From NCBI RefSeq assembly GCF_004010195.1, contig NC_057750.1, forward strand, positions 10,752,047 through 10,816,046: 64,000 bases of DNA, written 5' to 3'. The position numbers and the translations under genes are program-made. Positions 63,091-64,000 of this stretch are shown piece by piece. Every line of letters begins with the position of its first letter. Within the stretch, counting starts at the first letter, position 1. The notes under the pieces were generated by a model, which was given only the letters and a program-made list of their open reading frames with translations, did not search any database and had not been told where the DNA came from. The stretch is from Chiloscyllium plagiosum (lineage: Eukaryota).

Positions 63091-63737
63091 GGTGGCACGG
63101 TGGCTCAGTGGCTAGCACTGCTGCCTCACAGCACCAGGGTCCCAGGTTCAATTGCAGCCTCAGGTGACTGTCAGTCTGGACTTTGCACATTCTCCATGTG
63201 TCTGCGTGGGATTCCTCCGGGTGCTCTGGTTTCTTCGCACAATCCAAAGATGTGCAGGCCAGGTGAATTGGCCATGCCAAATTGCCCATTGTGTTAGGTG
63301 CATTAGTCAGAGGGAAAAACGGGTCTGGGCAGGTTATTCTTCGGAGGGTCGGTGTGGACTTGGGCTGAATGGCCTGTTTCCACACTGTAGGGAACCTAAT
63401 CTAATCTTTGGGGGTGGCACGGTGGCTCAGTGGTTAGCACTGCTGCCTCACAATGCCAGGGACCCGGGTTCAATTCCAGCCTTGGGTGACTGTCTGTCTG
63501 GACTTTGCACGTTCTCCCCGTGTCTGCATGGGTTTCCTTCGGGTGCTCTGGTTTCTTCCCACAATCCGAAGATGTGCAGGTTAGGTGAATTGGCCATACT
63601 AAATTGCTCATACTGTCAGGTGCATTAGTCGTGGTAAATATTGCATAGGGTAGGGGAATGGGTGGGTTACTCTTCGGAAGGTTGGTGTGGACTTGCTGGG
63701 CCAAAGGGCCTGTTTCCACACTGTAGGGAATCTAATC
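63091..63737 (+). mobile_element. Two HE1-type SINEs head-to-tail (63091-63407, 63411-63737)
   Basis: Each has a ggtggcacggtggctcagtgg head and an aatct tail. Confidence 0.92.
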
Positions 63738-64000
63738 AACCCTTAGCCCCAAAACCCTCTCAAATTTACACCCTGGCTGCAATAAACCATTAAAAACTTA
63801 AATAAAGTTGGAGAGAAGACACTTCCATCTTGAAGCATCTTCTCTTCTACTTTCTACTCAAGATATCTTTAATCAACCTGTCCAAATGTGTCTCTGGAGG
63901 AGTGGGGCTTGTACACAAGCCTCTTGGATCACAGATAAGGACACCACAACAGACCCCTACTTTACACTGGAGCAATGTGTTGCTTCCAAAATCTGGCTTT

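Overview
Eukaryotic, repeat-dense, non-coding-looking DNA, most likely from an elasmobranch (shark/ray): it carries many tRNA-headed HE1-type SINEs and CR1/HER1-type LINE fragments. I found no confident host protein-coding gene; nearly all long ORFs belong to transposons. Other elements are one degenerate full-structure Gypsy element (29892-34376), an internally deleted relative (43323-44244), a solo LTR, a Tigger/pogo-like MITE, minisatellites and at least three Penelope-like element (PLE) families. The main signals: (1) minimal hammerhead ribozyme motifs in PLE termini, including two fold-back insertions, one with a ribozyme on each strand, and a consistent 11-13 bp target-site duplication (TSD); (2) two Gypsy insertions 6 bp apart at the homologous position of two different CR1 copies, suggesting targeting; (3) a duplicated LINE-SINE chimera; (4) a weak candidate spliced gene for an 88-aa single-pass membrane protein on the minus strand near 46.2-47.9 kb. 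Family names come from recall of motifs, not database searches. Boundaries of old repeats are approximate (tens of bp), and many small old repeat fragments are not listed.
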